DNA from: Eutreptiella sp. 'Long Island Sound 2002'
Lineage: Eukaryota; Protista; Euglenida
Direction: 5' to 3'
NCBI GenBank assembly: GCA_964036045.1
Contig: OZ038379.1
Location: 66,526,001-66,590,000 of the forward strand
DNA: 64,000 bases
Part shown: one piece after another, positions 1-12,884 of the stretch
How positions within the stretch are numbered: position 1 is the stretch's first letter
How the letters are laid out: each line of letters starts with the position of its first letter
Position numbers and translations under genes: made by a program
The notes under the pieces: generated by a model
Seen by the model: the letters and a program-made list of their open reading frames with translations, nothing else
The model's database searches: none
What the model was told of the DNA's origin: nothing

Positions 1-134
1 GCCTCAACTCTGCCTCTAACTCCCACCCACCCTCCCTCCTCCCCTCCATCCCATTATCTTGCTCGCTCTCTCTCCCTCCCTCCCCCCCCCCTCTCTCTCC
101 TTTTGTGCTTTGGGGAGGACCGCCTCACCCCACT

Positions 135-775
135 CAATAGCTTTTGACGGGTGTACATGGTCCAAATGTCCGCCGTGTAGCCTTACACAACATGGGGGGG
201 CAATTGTAGCTCACGTGTTTAACTTTTAAGGGGTGTGGCATGGTCCAAATATTCAACCCTTAGCCTGAGTACATGGGGGAGGGGGGACATTGCACCCCAC
301 ACGTTGAAGCTTTGAGGGGTGTGCATGGTCCACATGTTCCTTGCATGACCTCTTACACCTTCGGAGACACACAAACCCCACACGTTGATACCATGAGGGG
401 TGTACATGGCCAAGATATTGGACGAGAGTCCTCATGCAGCATGGGGGGGGCACTAAACCCCACACGTTGATGTTTTGAGGTTTCCATGGTGTTCACGTTC
501 GACACGTGCCCTTATAAATCATGTGCTCCCCTCACGTTTGACCTCTGAGTGGTGTGCATGGTACATACGATCGAAACGTAGCCTTATTCACGAGGAGGGG
601 GCCACTATACCTCACCAGTCTAAGTAGGGGTGTACACCATCCACACATTCAACACATGCTGTTATAGACCATAGGGGGAAGACTACACCACACGCGTTGT
701 AACCCTGAGGGGTGCACATGGTTTAGATGTTGTAGACCATGGGGGGGCACTGCACCCCACACGTTGAACAAACAT
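135..775. repeat. Degenerate tandem repeat, ~80-bp period
   Basis: Motif CCCCACACGTTGA recurs at ~295, ~376, ~459 and ~753, with GGGGTGT(A/G)CATGGTCC partners; copies are highly diverged. Confidence 0.65.
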
Positions 776-869
776 GAGCCACAAGTTGGCGTGTGGCTCA
801 ACACCCCAATTGGTGGGGCGCTACACACGACCGCAAAGATAGGTCCACACTCCTAGAGGAATGGGCATG

Positions 870-2150
870 TGGGGTGTACACGAGTCCTTTTCCCTTTACA
901 ATTTAATGCATGAGACCTAGAGGGGTTCGCACCCCTGTAGAAATTTACACGTGGAGTGTACGGAGGTCTGCCGTCCCCGTAGGAATGAATGCGTGGGGTG
1001 TGCCCGGGTCTACACCCCTATGGGATTTAACGCGTAGGGTGTACAAGGGTCTCCACTCTTAGAGTTTACAGGGGCTGCACCCCTTTGGGATTTAACGTGT
1101 GCGGTAAAGAGGGGCCTATAACCCTACATCTATTACGACGCAAGGTGTACAAAGCTCTACAGTAGTGGAGGACTTATTAAGTGTGATGTATAGACGTCTA
1201 TAGCCCCGCACGAATTAGCGCGTGGCGCGTACACACGTCTGCGCCCTTGTATGATTTAAGGCGCAACATGTAGATAAATGTACCTTTTGTAGGATTTGAA
1301 GCAGCGGATATAGAGGGGTCTACAGCCCAGTACGATCTAAGGCGTGCAATGTTGAGGGGTCTCTACTTTTGTGGGATGTATGGCTTAGGGCGCACAAGCG
1401 TCTACACCCTTGTAGTATTAACGCGGGGGATAGACATAGGTCTACACCAATCCTATACGGATCAATGCCTGTGGTGCACAAGAGTAAATACCCCTATGGG
1501 AATTTTCACGTGGTGTGCATGAGGGTCCATAGCCTTGTGCAATTTCAGGCATGGTGTATACAGGGATGTACAACCCTGTAGGAACTAACATGTGGGGTAT
1601 GATAGGTGTGCACCAATTGGCATGCGATGTGTACCAAGGTCTACACCCTTGTACGATTTTAGTGTGTTGTGTATAGAGGGGTCCACACCCCTATCGGAGC
1701 TAACACGTTTGGTGTATAGGGGTCTAAACCCCTGTAGGATTGTATACCCCCGTTGTGTAGCAGCCTGTGGTTTTGTAGGATGCAAGGTGTGGGTTGTAGA
1801 GGGGTCTACACCCTCAATAGGAAGGAACGCTTGAGTGGAAAGGGGCCTACACCCTTGTGGGATTTTAGGTTTGCAATGTAAAGAAGTCCGGCGCTTGTAG
1901 GGGTTATCCCTGGGGTGTAGATAGATCTACACCCCTGCCGAGCCCGTGATGTACAACGATCCACACCTTTGTGGTAATTAACACTTGGGGGTTAGGGGGC
2001 TCCACATCGATGTAGGCTTTACCGCGGCAGACTTCTTTGGATCTAGACCTCTATAAGAACTACTAGGCCGTTTGTATAGGGTCCACTCCCCCCTAGGATT
2101 CCGAAACTGCGGTGTACAAGCTTCAAGGTTCAAGGTAGGATTAGTGTTTA
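870..2150. repeat. Degenerate ~41-bp satellite (consensus approx. GGGGTGTACAAGGGTCTACACCCCTGTAGGATTTAACGCGT)
   Basis: Recurrent GGGTCTACACCC and GTAGGATTTAA motifs; same family as 42985-44480, 47475-47877 and 60824-61060. Confidence 0.8.
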
Positions 2151-2180
2151 GAGGTTACACGGGGCCACACGCTTATATAT

Positions 2181-2721
2181 GGGCGTTTTTACAGGGGGGG
2201 GGGTCATTTCTGGGGTTTTGACGCAAAGTGGGAGGTTTTTCCGCCGTTTTCCGAATTTCTCATGGGTGTCGGTAGGTCTACTAGTGAAAGCATGGGACCC
2301 CCCTATTTTGGACGTGGAGAATCCAAAAATCAAGGTTTCAGGCCGATTTGAAACAATGGCGGGCCTGTGCAAAGGCCAGAAGTCAAGGTCTTTCAGAAAA
2401 ATTCCTAGTTTTCTGGGAGCAGGTCAAGCAATTGCAGACGGAACACAACAAAACTCAAGGGCACTACTTTACTATCGTTTCACCTCAATTGGGTGCCCAG
2501 AACCCACATACCCCTTGTTCTTACAATCATCAAAGCGCTTTGCTTTGCAAAGGTCACAAAAACAGGGCAATGTGCGGGCCATGACATTATTTGGCTTACC
2601 AACCGATTTCCAATGGAAATTTTGGTGACGCCTCGGATGGTCTCCACTGCGAATGTGGTGGAGAACTGAAAAATCTCCCACATTGCGTCGGAATGACCCC
2701 CCCCCCCCCGTAAAAACGCCC
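2181..2721. mobile_element. 541-bp internally deleted TIR DNA transposon (MITE-like, possibly Sola2-type)
   Basis: TIRs GGGCGTTTTTAC(A)G-run-TCATT (from 2181) and AATGA-C-run-GTAAAAACGCCC (to 2721); ATAT flanks both sides (2177-2180, 2722-2725). An internal minus-strand frame encodes RTLPCFCDLCKAKRFDDCKN, resembling a Cys-rich transposase C-terminus. Superfamily inferred only from the GGG..CCC ends and 4-bp TSD. Confidence 0.75.
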
Positions 2722-2724
2722 ATA

Positions 2725-2754
<30 letters not shown>

Positions 2755-2755
<1 letters not shown>

Positions 2756-3604
2756 TGGAAAACAGGGGGGGGGTCAAGCAGGCTGATATCCACGTACTGC
2801 GCGAGATTTTTCCCGTTTTCGGAATTAATCTTACAATTCGTGGATTTTGGTGGTAGTTTTTGTTCCTTGTGATGGCTGCGTTTCAGGCTTTCCAAAAATG
2901 TGTCTCTTGGTTTCCAATTCGACGGGAATCGGGCTGTGCAGCGATGGGAAGTGAGGTGCCTCAAGTTGGTTTCAGGTAAATTTTTGCTGCAGAACTTATG
3001 ATTTGTCTTGCTTGTTGCTTGCTATGGTTTGGCCCCCTTTTGGCAGCTTTCTTCATTACTTTGGCTATTTTTGGCGACAATGCATGCCTGTGCCCTCTTC
3101 CAAACCCCCAAGAGACAATGATCTTCCTCCAAGGGACCATCATGATTTCTTCGGAAACCCCACCAGAATTTGGCTCGTCCAGCAGTGCCCTGCACAGCGT
3201 AAATGCAAAAATTCTTAAAAATATCCTTGAATTGGAGCCTACGACCAACATCAATGGGTTGGGCATAAAAAAAACGCATCTTTTTACTTTCTTCGAAATT
3301 GGATGTAGGGACAATATGTTCGAGATATGACCCCGGAACGGTCTCTAGGTACGTGCATGGTGTACAGCAAACCGGCAAAAGTGGGCCTGTGGCAGTAAGC
3401 CGTTTTTTTTTCCGCTCGGGCTGGTATTTTGACATATCGTTGAGTTAGACCCCAACTCAAATTGTGTTGCAAAGCCAACAACGCACTTTTTTCGGAAAGT
3501 GCAACATACTCCCCCCTCCCCGGAGCCATACTTTTGAGCAACGGGCCCGGTTCCGGCGAAACCTCGGCTAGTACGTGGATTTGACCCCCCTCCCTCGTTT
3601 TCAG
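2755..3604. mobile_element. Second short non-autonomous element with degenerate inverted ends, set between TG and CA microsatellites
   Basis: Left end GAAAACAG-G-run-TCAA...ATCCACGTACT; right end reverse complement GAAAACGAGGGAG-G-run-TCAAATCCACGTACT; no clear TSD. Confidence 0.5.
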
Positions 3605-3678
3605 ACACACACACACACATATAAATGTATACATACATACATACATATATAGTCATAGTCATAGTCATAGTCATAACC
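3605..3678. repeat. Compound microsatellite (CA)n-(TACA)n-(ATAGTC)4; possible 3' tail of the minus-strand LINE
   Basis: Tandem units read directly; tail interpretation is inference. Confidence 0.8.
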
Positions 3679-5559
3679 ACTTATCATGCCGTCTACTGGA
3701 GTTACCGGGCATCTTGGACCGACATGTGGTTCCTGCCTTGCTTGATCCCGTGGGTCCCAGGGCTGCCTGAGGTGGCCCATAGCATGACGGAGGACCCACA
3801 CGACCGGGGATACCGGCCAACCATGCATTGGGGGCAGTGGCAATCGCAGAGCGTTAGCCTTAGCAACGGCGACGAGCGCTGGCCCGTTGGATCGCCGGGG
3901 GTAATGGGGCAACACATAGCATCGTAGCAGCATAGCAGCAAGCAGCAAGCAAGGGCGCTTCTTGTGGGTGTGATGCAGCAACCAAGAAACAAAGTAGCAT
4001 GCATGCGGCGAAGCAAGAGCTGGCCCCATTATGGTGTCCTCCCCTGATGTGGTTTGGCATTTCATCTGCTCCGCCCATGTGTACCATGCAGCTGGTACCG
4101 CACATGCATAAGTCCACGGACGTGGAGCCATGGTTTGTGGGGAGCTCTAGCCTAGCCCCCAGCCTCCATTGCCCCCTTGTCCGCATCGTATAGGCCATCA
4201 GTACTATGTGCCCACCCCGGGCACCTCGTTTGGACCCCCAGACCGAGATACATCATTGTATATATGCAAGCGGTAATATTCCATTGCCACCAATGGCCGG
4301 CAGCCGCGCCCATGGTATACCGCCACCGGACCCCAAATATATAGGACTGTGTCCCTCTCCCCAAGGCAGTGACTTGAGACGACCCGTGGTAATTGTACAT
4401 ACTCTCTTATAATCTAACACGAGGGTCTACACGGGGGATGCCGACACCCTGTAGCATGAGTGGCACAACCCGTGAATTTGGCTGGCAGGGATTCGGGCTG
4501 GTGGGTGCCGTAGCTTGATTATCAACCCCCTTTAGGGGTACCCACCAGAATTTCGCTCCGGGCCGTGGTAACCAGGTTCACCCCATCTGGCCCACATACA
4601 GTGACCTGACGCCTACCCTGGACCCTTACCTTCAGCGATTGGCCAGCTCCGGTGGTTGGGCCATCTCCACCACAATGGCGGTCAAGCTGCAGGTTCGGCA
4701 TCCACCGACAAGGTGGCATGCCTACTTATAGCATGGGCCTATACCTCACCCCCCTGGACCTCTCATACAGGCACGATGTACAATGGTGCATCACGGGCCG
4801 CTCATGTCACTGTACCCTTACTTAGCTTTCCGTGCTCGCAATCACCACTAAGGTTGTGCTTCTGCTACCGCCACTGCGTTGCACCACCGCTTGCTCGCAC
4901 CGCCACCGCGCCGCCTCGCCACAACATTGGGCGCCGCGTCCACCCTGTACCCGCGAGTGCCTCACTCTGCGCCCATACTGCCATTGCCCCCGCCACCGTG
5001 CTACCGGCCATGTGTGCAAAGGTCAATCGGTTAGGCTATGTGCATGCCCGTGGGCAGAGTCCCTGTAGTTTGCTTGTGGGGCCGGGGGATGCCACAGTAC
5101 GCCCTTTGAGTTGTTTTAGGGGTCACAGGGACACTCCAGTACCTCCATGAGTGGTTCCCAATACCTGCTTGAGTTGTTCCTGGGGTCAAGCGGCAACCCC
5201 ATAGCGGCATGCCCCCGCTACCAAACCGCATACACGTACACCCGTGCAAGCCATAATGCCCGCCTTAGCCTTATTGGCCCACGTCCTTCTCCAGTCACCA
5301 TTCATCATCGATTTGTAACACCTTTGCATACGCAAGTGGCCATCCAAGCTGCGGCGACTGCACGCGCAGCCCGGCCCACCGAGCTGCTCCCCGCAGCCCG
5401 TGGCCAACACGAGTAGCGCCGGCATGGGAACATGTACTTATCTACTTAACCCCCCGGAGTAACCCGAGGATGAACCCCCGTGACTGCAGAAGCCAGGGCG
5501 CCAATATAGAGCCCGGTGCCATGGGAATACCCTACAGGGGTTTGGGCCTTATTACCCTA

Positions 5560-8423
5560 GTTGAGAAGACCCATGACACCTCACTATTCTAAGCGGCGAG
5601 CCCGGGCAGGCGGGCATAGCCATACTTTGTTCGGACCGTACATGCGGGGGCGGTACCGTGCACTATCAGGCCAGCACGACCTGCCACGTCGCGATGGCCG
5701 TCACATCACGCCCACCACTGCTGCACGCACAAGCCAGTACAAGGTCACGTCTCATATGCCATCTCCGTTGCTGCATCCACCAGACAGACAACACTCGGCA
5801 TTCCACCCACCGCTACACTTGGTCACATCGTATCATCCACGTACCCAGCCATCCCCCTATAAAACCGCCAAGTCCCCTCTGTGATGCATGAGCCAAAGGA
5901 CCCGGGAATCGCCGTCCAGTGCAGCCCACCATAGTAGCAAGGGAAGCACCGCAGTCGGGTCATCTTGGCGGCGCACTCCATCCACCTGTATATCCCGTAA
6001 GTCACGTTGGATTGCTTTCCACGCGCTCGACGACAGCTGTCCTCAATGCCGCGGCGCCCATATGGCTTTGGGCCACCCCCTGCCGGCGCGCTCTCGGCAT
6101 GACCCACATAGCACGGTAGAGGCACATTGGTGCATCCATACGGGCGCCGTAGTGCCGCAACCGCTACATACTAGCGGAAGTATCGACCGAGAGGGGACAC
6201 TGCCGCTTTCGCAGTGTTGAGACCACAGGTCCTCCCAAGCATCATTGCAGGCCCCGTGGCAGCGGAGAAGTGTAATCGTCAAGGCACAAGCGGTGGCACT
6301 ACTGTGCAAGCTCCGGTTCGCCTGGTCCCACGATGATGCCAGGGCGAGAACCGGGTGCCCGTCCAACCCTCCCGAGAGGTATTCGAGTAGCCGGGGCCAC
6401 CGCACTGCCCGGAGGCGCGGTGTACTCTGACATTTTTTTTTAGGTCCAAGGGGCCCAAGGGTTCCTTGATTTCACAACAACGAAAGTTCATCCCGCTCGA
6501 CGACATTCTCCGATGGTCCTGGATGAGCTCCGAAGTAGCGAGCCCCGCAACTAGCGTGGTTTCGTCCCTGACTTCTGCTTTTGCACCAGTGCTGGGTTGT
6601 GTCAATTTACCGGGGACTCCAAGCCCACGGGTGTCTCTTTAGAAAGAGAGATACGTTGCCACCGCTGAGGAGGGTGCGACTCTCATTGCATCCGCAGTGC
6701 ACCCGTGCGACACTCCATCAGAATCTCGCTCCCTATTCAAGCCCCCAGGCAGATCTTCCCCGAAAGTCCGTCCAGTAAATCCAAGCTCAGTTTCTCCAGC
6801 CCCTTCAAGTGCGTCCCCTGTCTTGGGGGATTGTTACCATGGCCCGGATGGGGCACGAAGCAACTCCAGGCAGTCCAAGAGACAAGGGATGTCCAAAGCA
6901 CACGATGCTTGTTCCTCGCGGTTCTCACATGTATCCCGAAGCCCTGGTAGTTCCACGATGGGAGCATACAACATGCCAGACCCAGGCGGTCTGTCTGTGC
7001 ATTCGGTGGCGTACAGTAGCTTCCATCCATAACCCTGCGGTATCTCCACGATGGCGTCTACTCCTGCTTGACTGGGGCTCTAAGCCAATGCGATCACCAA
7101 TCGCTGCCCCTAGACTGGGCCTCGAGTAACGGCTCTAGGTCCAAGGTATCCAATGTGCGACGGGCGTTTACTGACGCATTGTCATCCCCCTCCGGTAGCG
7201 ATAGCAACACCGCCGTAACGCGACCAGGTGCATCGTCTCCCTGGATCCGCGCAAGTTGCTTGGATCCCACCCCATGCACCTTTGCCCCTCCGCCACCGCG
7301 ACAACCCTTGGCGGCCGCCGGTCATACAACCACGATTGCTCGATGCCCAACACGCTGGCTATCGCTAGAACCGGGAGCGAACACAACGGTTGTTGGAGAC
7401 AGGCAGTACATCACTAAGCCAGCCCATGATGCTCCCGACTGCAGAATAGCCTACAAACACCTTGAGCCACGGTTCGTCATGGCCATCTCAGTTGCGCACC
7501 ATGGTACGGCGGATGGTGGCCTAAGACTACGCGGACACTTCACGGGACCGCGCCCGGAATGTGGCGAAGTCTTGGGCTACCCAAGACTCGATCCACTTGC
7601 TAACGGACTTTGCCGCTGCCGCCATCCATTGGGGAAATGTGGACATGGCCTCATTGTGCGTAATGTACGACTTGGACACCAGCAACGCATGCAGCGGTCC
7701 CCGCAGAAAGGCTGCTTGAACATCGCCAGGGAGGCCATGGAAAGGGCTACACGGCGGCAGTTACCTGACTCTGCCAGCCGGCGGACAAAATGGCGTATCA
7801 CCGCGCATGAATGGGCACGTAGCTTTCCTCCAGTCTCGCGACGGCAGCTGCATGGTCTTGGTGAGTCGATTATTTCTCCGGGCGTAGCCATCTTCCCCAA
7901 TCTGGATCACGTCCTCTAGAATCAGCCTTCGCCGGGCCTCGGGATGTGGCAATCAATACCCGACTCCCCCACGAACTGCGCTAGAGGAGATGCCTCACCA
8001 CATGCAATGACATACTGCCGCTCCCAGAGAAGGGAGGGGGATAGGAAGACACTACCTGCACACCACAACGGCTCGGGCGCGTCATCCCACAAAGAAAGGA
8101 CCTCCAGCCACGGGAGGCCACTGCGAAAAGCTACAGCCATGCCCTCTGTAGCCAGCGTGTTAGAATCCCTTTGCCACATGCTGGCTGGGGACTGATCGCC
8201 TGTGCCATGCCGTGCAGGCAGCCAATATTCGTACACACGCTGCACGACATTGAGTGCCAGCACGTACTGGGCCACGAGTGACACCTGACCCACCGCGTCA
8301 GCCCACACAACTGCACTGCCATGTTGTCGCACAGCACGTGGCCACTCTCCTAGTAGGTGCGCAGCAATAGCAGGAGAAGCAGCTTGGCAAGCCACTCCAG
8401 TTGTGTGTGTTGCTGCTCAACAT
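5560..8423 (-). pseudogene. C-terminal part of non-LTR retrotransposon ORF2 (post-RT region, probable RNase H, CCHC zinc knuckle), decayed
   Basis: Continues the reading interrupted by element A. VMDGSY (~7030), ETELG and RDSDG resemble RNase H acidic motifs (weak). VCSGCGTTAPVWMHQCASTVLC (~6210-6140) fits a CX2CX8H..C knuckle. Many stops and frameshifts. Confidence 0.55.
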
Positions 8424-8589
8424 GGGGTGCAGCCACGGAAGGGTGGCTTAGGAACCCCCCCCCCCAAAATGACATGGTAGTGCACCGCTAAAGTAGTGGA
8501 CCACACTTATTGGGGCTGTTTTCGGGGTCAAAATGAGCGTATCGGAGCTATCACCACCCCGGTTTCGGACCAAGGGGGTCAACTTTTTT

Positions 8590-8710
8590 CGGGCAGGAAC
8601 CCCCCTAGGAACCCCTACCTAGACCATTCCTGCACCCTTCTTGGACCCCTTTCTGGTAGGAACCCCCTTCCTAGACCCTTCCTAGACCCCTTCATGGGCA
8701 AGAACCCCTT
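8590..8710 (+). repeat. Subterminal AGGAACCCCC/CCCTTCCT motif array of element A
   Basis: Tandem motif copies; the AGGAACCCCCC motif is also part of the TIR. Confidence 0.7.
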
Positions 8711-9375
8711 CTTGTCCCTCAAAGGCAGCCCGGTTTTCCCAATGTCTGCCTGTCCCTTCGATGGGGTTTGGATGGAGGCCGTCACAGGCCCCGCCGGTAC
8801 ACGTGGCTGCTCCCTTCAGAAGGGGTAGACGTTCCAGGACACCGCCATCCCAACCAACTCCGCCGTGACTTGGCCGCCGGGCACAACCTCCTACGCTGAG
8901 CGATTGGAGAGCTCACCGGATTGCCGCGGATCGAAGCGGAACAACTTCCTCTTGGCTGCCTCCTTGTACCACCCCTCCTTGGCGAAACTGGCGGGCTTGG
9001 GCTTCGGGGCGGAGGGTGGTGAGCGGCTCGGCATCTACAGGGTGGGCAGCCATGTAGTGGCTGTGGATCTGCGCGTGGTCGCTGGGCAGGCGGGTGGACA
9101 GGGACTCCAGCAAGGAGGAGTAGTCCGCTCCGCCGTGCCGCACGTGGAAGGCGGTGATGTTGGGGTTGCGGCGCAATGTCTCCTCAATGAGGTTTGAGAG
9201 GGCATAGGGGTCCCTGTCGCGGATGAGGGACTTGGTGATGCGCACCCGGCCAATCGGCATCTCCAACAGGGGGTCGTCGTACGCGACAAAGAGCCGGTTG
9301 GAGGAGACAGGGAGGGCAAGCAGCCCGCTGGCCGCATAGGCACTCAGCACGGTGAGCCCGGGGCCGTCGCCGTCC
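8700..9375 (-). pseudogene. Coding-like fragment of unknown function inside element A
   Basis: ORF 8913-9350 (RLFVAYDDPLLEMPIGRVRITKSLIRD...) has GC3-rich codons and continues in a shifted frame toward ~8700; no recognised domain. Confidence 0.45.
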
Positions 9376-9394
9376 TACTGACTGCCCCAGTGCC

Positions 9395-10806
9395 GTGAAC
9401 AGCGACCCCGGCTACCTTGCCAGCCTGCAGCACTTGTTCATCCGGGGTTTTTCTGCGGAGTATGAGGTGGAGAAGGCGCACAAGGAGGCATTGGTGATCG
9501 CCGAGGAGCGCCAGGCCCGCATCTTCAACCACAACTGCCCAGTTGCTGGCCGAGCTCAAGACCCACCGGACCGCAAGATGGTGTGGGGGAAGCCGGAGGA
9601 CATGTCCAAGCATCCGGATGGGGATGAACACATCCAGCTGTGGGACCCGCCGCGCCTGACGCCCATGGTGACGCGGCTGAAGGCCAAGCTGGAGGAGATC
9701 TTGGGCAAGACGCTGCACGTCATGACCCAAGGGTACAGCGAGTCCATCACCCACGTTCGACAACTGCCGCACCGAGATTTGCCAACAGTGTCACTTCTTG
9801 TAGATGGCATCCCCCTCTCCGTGTTCTCGGCACTGTGGAAGGATAACCCTGACGATGATGTTTGCGCACAGTTCGTCGCCATGTCTGCCCGTGCCTTCCC
9901 TAGCCCTTGGAGCATCCATCGCATGCCAATGAAAAGGTGTTCCCTGTGGGTGATCTGCTCAACGGTGGTGCACAAAGGAGGCGGCCTGCCATTGGCTACG
10001 GAACCAGGGTCCCGCTGTATTATTGGGTTTTGTGGGCTGTCAACGCACACCGTGTCCTACACCACCACCCACGCCATCACCCCCCCCTTTTGGGCGCACA
10101 AGGCCGCTGTGAGTTGTGGAGCCCTCGGATGCCGCCGGAAGCCGACAAGTGAGTAGTGTTTTGGGTGTGGAGTCCACGTCCTTTGCCGCAATCACACGGG
10201 CATGGCGTGCAGCAAGTGCGACACTGAAACAGCAGCAACCGCAACATCCGATCCAAGGAGTGCCGAGGCCGCTGATCCGAGTCATGTCCCTGCTCTTAAG
10301 CACATGGTGACATGTTTGATTCCATCGGATGGGCAACGCTTTACACCGGGCATTACGAGGCAACGGCCGCACCACATGTGATTCCCGCTGACACAACCCC
10401 CAAGCCGGAGAGCTGCCCACTAGCGGGGCATGCACACCAGAGCGAGTGGCTGCCGTGGCCGAGATCGGAGCACCACGCCTTGTTGGTTACGCCGCTTGGG
10501 AGCATTGTGGTGGTGGTGAATAGCTGCTTCGGAGGATTCACCCGGGGTACCGAGGAGAACAGTGACTTTTTGGTGTACCGGATGGAGATGGCAGCAGCCG
10601 AGCCGAGACCCGTGGACCCGATCTTGTTGATGCCGGCCGGGGCGATCGTTCGCAACACCAAGGTGGCACAGGAGCAGGCCTTTTGGTGCGCATGCCACCA
10701 GGTTGACACTTTGGCCCCTTTGAGTCGGAGGGCCATTGGTTGGAGGGGTTTACAATGCAATGCGCCAAATATATGGTCAGTAGTGGTTGCCAAGGGTGAG
10801 CGGTAG
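9395..10806 (+). pseudogene. Cargo gene: 2OG-Fe(II) dioxygenase-like domain + Cys/His cluster + C-terminal domain (weakly SET-like); one in-frame stop and one frameshift
   Basis: QLPHRD (HxD, His codon 9770), PLSVFSAL, VVHKGG (distal His 9971) and GSRCIIGF (Arg 10013) match the HxD...H...R layout of double-stranded beta-helix dioxygenases. After the TAG at 10154 the frame reads CFGCGVHVLCRNHTGMACSKC; ORF 10312-10806 follows after a frameshift. Confidence 0.65.
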
Positions 10807-10883
10807 TCACAATGCAAGGGGAGGGCGGTTTGAGAGCTGGAACCGGGCACAGTGTGTGGGCTGTGGCATCCGCATGCCACTCA

Positions 10884-11125
10884 GGAACCCCCCCCTTCCT
10901 GCACAAGAGCCGTCCGAGGAACCCCTCAAGAACCCCCTTCCTGCATAGGAACCCCCCCCCTTCCTGCACAGGAACCATCGCAGGAACCCCCCAAAAACCC
11001 CCTTCCTGCACACGAACCCCCCCCCTTCTTGCACAAGAACCCCCCTTCCCGGACCCTTTCCCAAACCCTACCTAGACCCTTCCTGCACAAGAATTGCCCC
11101 CTTCTTGCATAGGAACCCCCCTTCT
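10884..11125 (+). repeat. Internal array of AGGAACCCCCC(C)TTCCTGCAC motifs in element A
   Basis: About 8-10 tandem imperfect copies, same orientation as the left subterminal array. Confidence 0.8.
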
Positions 11126-12284
11126 TGGACCACTTCCGGTTGCCTTCCATCACTGGCATTTTGCGTACTTCTCTTCAAGCCGACGTCCACGTGTACCCGC
11201 GGCTGGTCTTGAAGTCCGTCGACGAGCAGGAGCGGGCAGCTCCGCTGCCAGTAGCACCATCGGAGGCTGCGCGGACTGTGGATGGGCGAGCACCAAGTCT
11301 TCAAGACCCGCAGACATGGATGTTGCAATCGACGCTCACCATCACGGACATGCACAGTCCAGTGACCAGGCAAGGGGGCACGTTCTGGCATCGTGATTGC
11401 ACACTCACCGTTTGGAAGGGGAAAGCAGCCACTGCCCTGCAATTGCGGTTGCTAGGGGCATGTACGGACATGGCAAGACGTACGTGGTTGCGCAGTACTT
11501 GTGCCTTGTTGGCCAGGCCAAGGCCAGCAACACATCGTCTTTCTTGGTGTACAGCGAGCAGACAAGCTTCAAGACGCCGAAGAGTTTGGCAAGGCTAACG
11601 GGTTTTGATGCCGGTGTCCCCATTGAGATGCAGGACGCGGTTGACGAGTGGCTTGAGAAGTACCGCAAGCGGCAAGAACAAGGTCAACTGGTCGGACGCT
11701 CACACCCGAAGAAAGAGCTCCGCACAGAGGCAGGTACACAGCCACTGTGGTAGCAACCTGGGGCCCACGTCAAGTCGGAGCAATCAGAGAGGGCGGCCCA
11801 GGGATCCGTGAAGCGACCTGCCCCGATAACCGTCATCACCGACTCCCCCTCCAAGCGGCGCGTACCGGGCAGCCCGGGGCGGCCAAGTCCAATGGCAGTG
11901 GACACGGGGATAGTGGTCACGCAGCTGGCACGTGCGTTGCGGGAGGTCGTGCGCATGGCGTTGAAGGAGGTGTTGCCTGATGCCGTTGAGAAGGCGATGG
12001 CAAGTGGCGGCAAGACCCCGGTAGAACGGGCCATGGAGCACGCTACCAAGAAGGAGTGCGAAGCACGGGAACAGGTTCTGAAGCACGAGGCAACCATTGC
12101 AAGTGTGCGGGCACAAGTGATTGCCCTGGAAGACCGGTTGGAAGCTGCCGAAGACAGAGCGCGCGAGGCGCAGGCTGGCAAGGTCAAGGCCGAGGCTCTG
12201 CTGGCGGAGAAAGCTGCATAATGTGACCGGGCGCTGAGCATCCTCATCCGGACGTACGGCCAGGGCCCCAGCCCCAGTAGGTGA
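11125..12284 (+). pseudogene. Cargo gene with C-terminal coiled coil, unknown function; frameshift and in-frame stops
   Basis: ORFs 11125-11598, 11397-11753 and 11808-12221 join through one frameshift and TAG/TAA stops; heptad-like EQVLKHEATIASVRAQVIALEDRLEAAEDRAREA. Confidence 0.55.
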
Positions 12285-12884
12285 TGAGGAGTGGCGAGGC
12301 ACGGTGGTGTAGCAGCCTGGGCATGAGACGTGGAGAGACAACCCCTGGTGGCGCACTGAGAGGGAGGTGTGTCCCGGTGGTTGCAGTACACGCGTGCTGT
12401 GACCAGGCCACTCCCAAGATTGCACGCATGCATGCAAGGTTGTGCGAACGCGCCAAGTGGTGTGCGACGCAGTGCGCCCAAACAAATCCATCCCCTAACC
12501 CATAACCAATAACTAGGCCTTTTTGGCGTAATCCTAAAGCATCTCTAACCCTTATCTTATTTGGTGCGCGGCAGTCGCGTAGGATAGTAGTCACATGGTG
12601 CGCAAGGCGCGTAAGGTGGTGCCACGGGCGGGGAGCTTCACATAGCCTCACCCTTGGGGGCACTACCGAGATTTCCAAGCTTCATGTCATGAACTGTCAC
12701 CTTTCACTTCAAGTTCATTGATTCCTTCCTTCATGGACGCATTTGCATGGCATGTGTGGTTGGAATGCAGCCAGGGACACATTGTCTGGCCCCCATGTGA
12801 CAGCGGTGTTTGAAGGGACCCGGGTAACATCCGTGGTGGGTGCGATAGGGGCAGTACACCGAAACACCAGGTACAGGAAGGGGC

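Noticed and set aside
3680-5560. DIRS/tyrosine-recombinase, LTR or Penelope element
   Set aside because: No RT, YR or GIY-YIG motifs or terminal repeats were recognised; left as possible LINE 3' region
5560-6050. Restriction-like endonuclease after the CCHC knuckle (true Dualen architecture)
   Set aside because: No convincing PD-(D/E)xK motif was found by eye; frameshifts could hide one, so an HMM search on a consensus is needed
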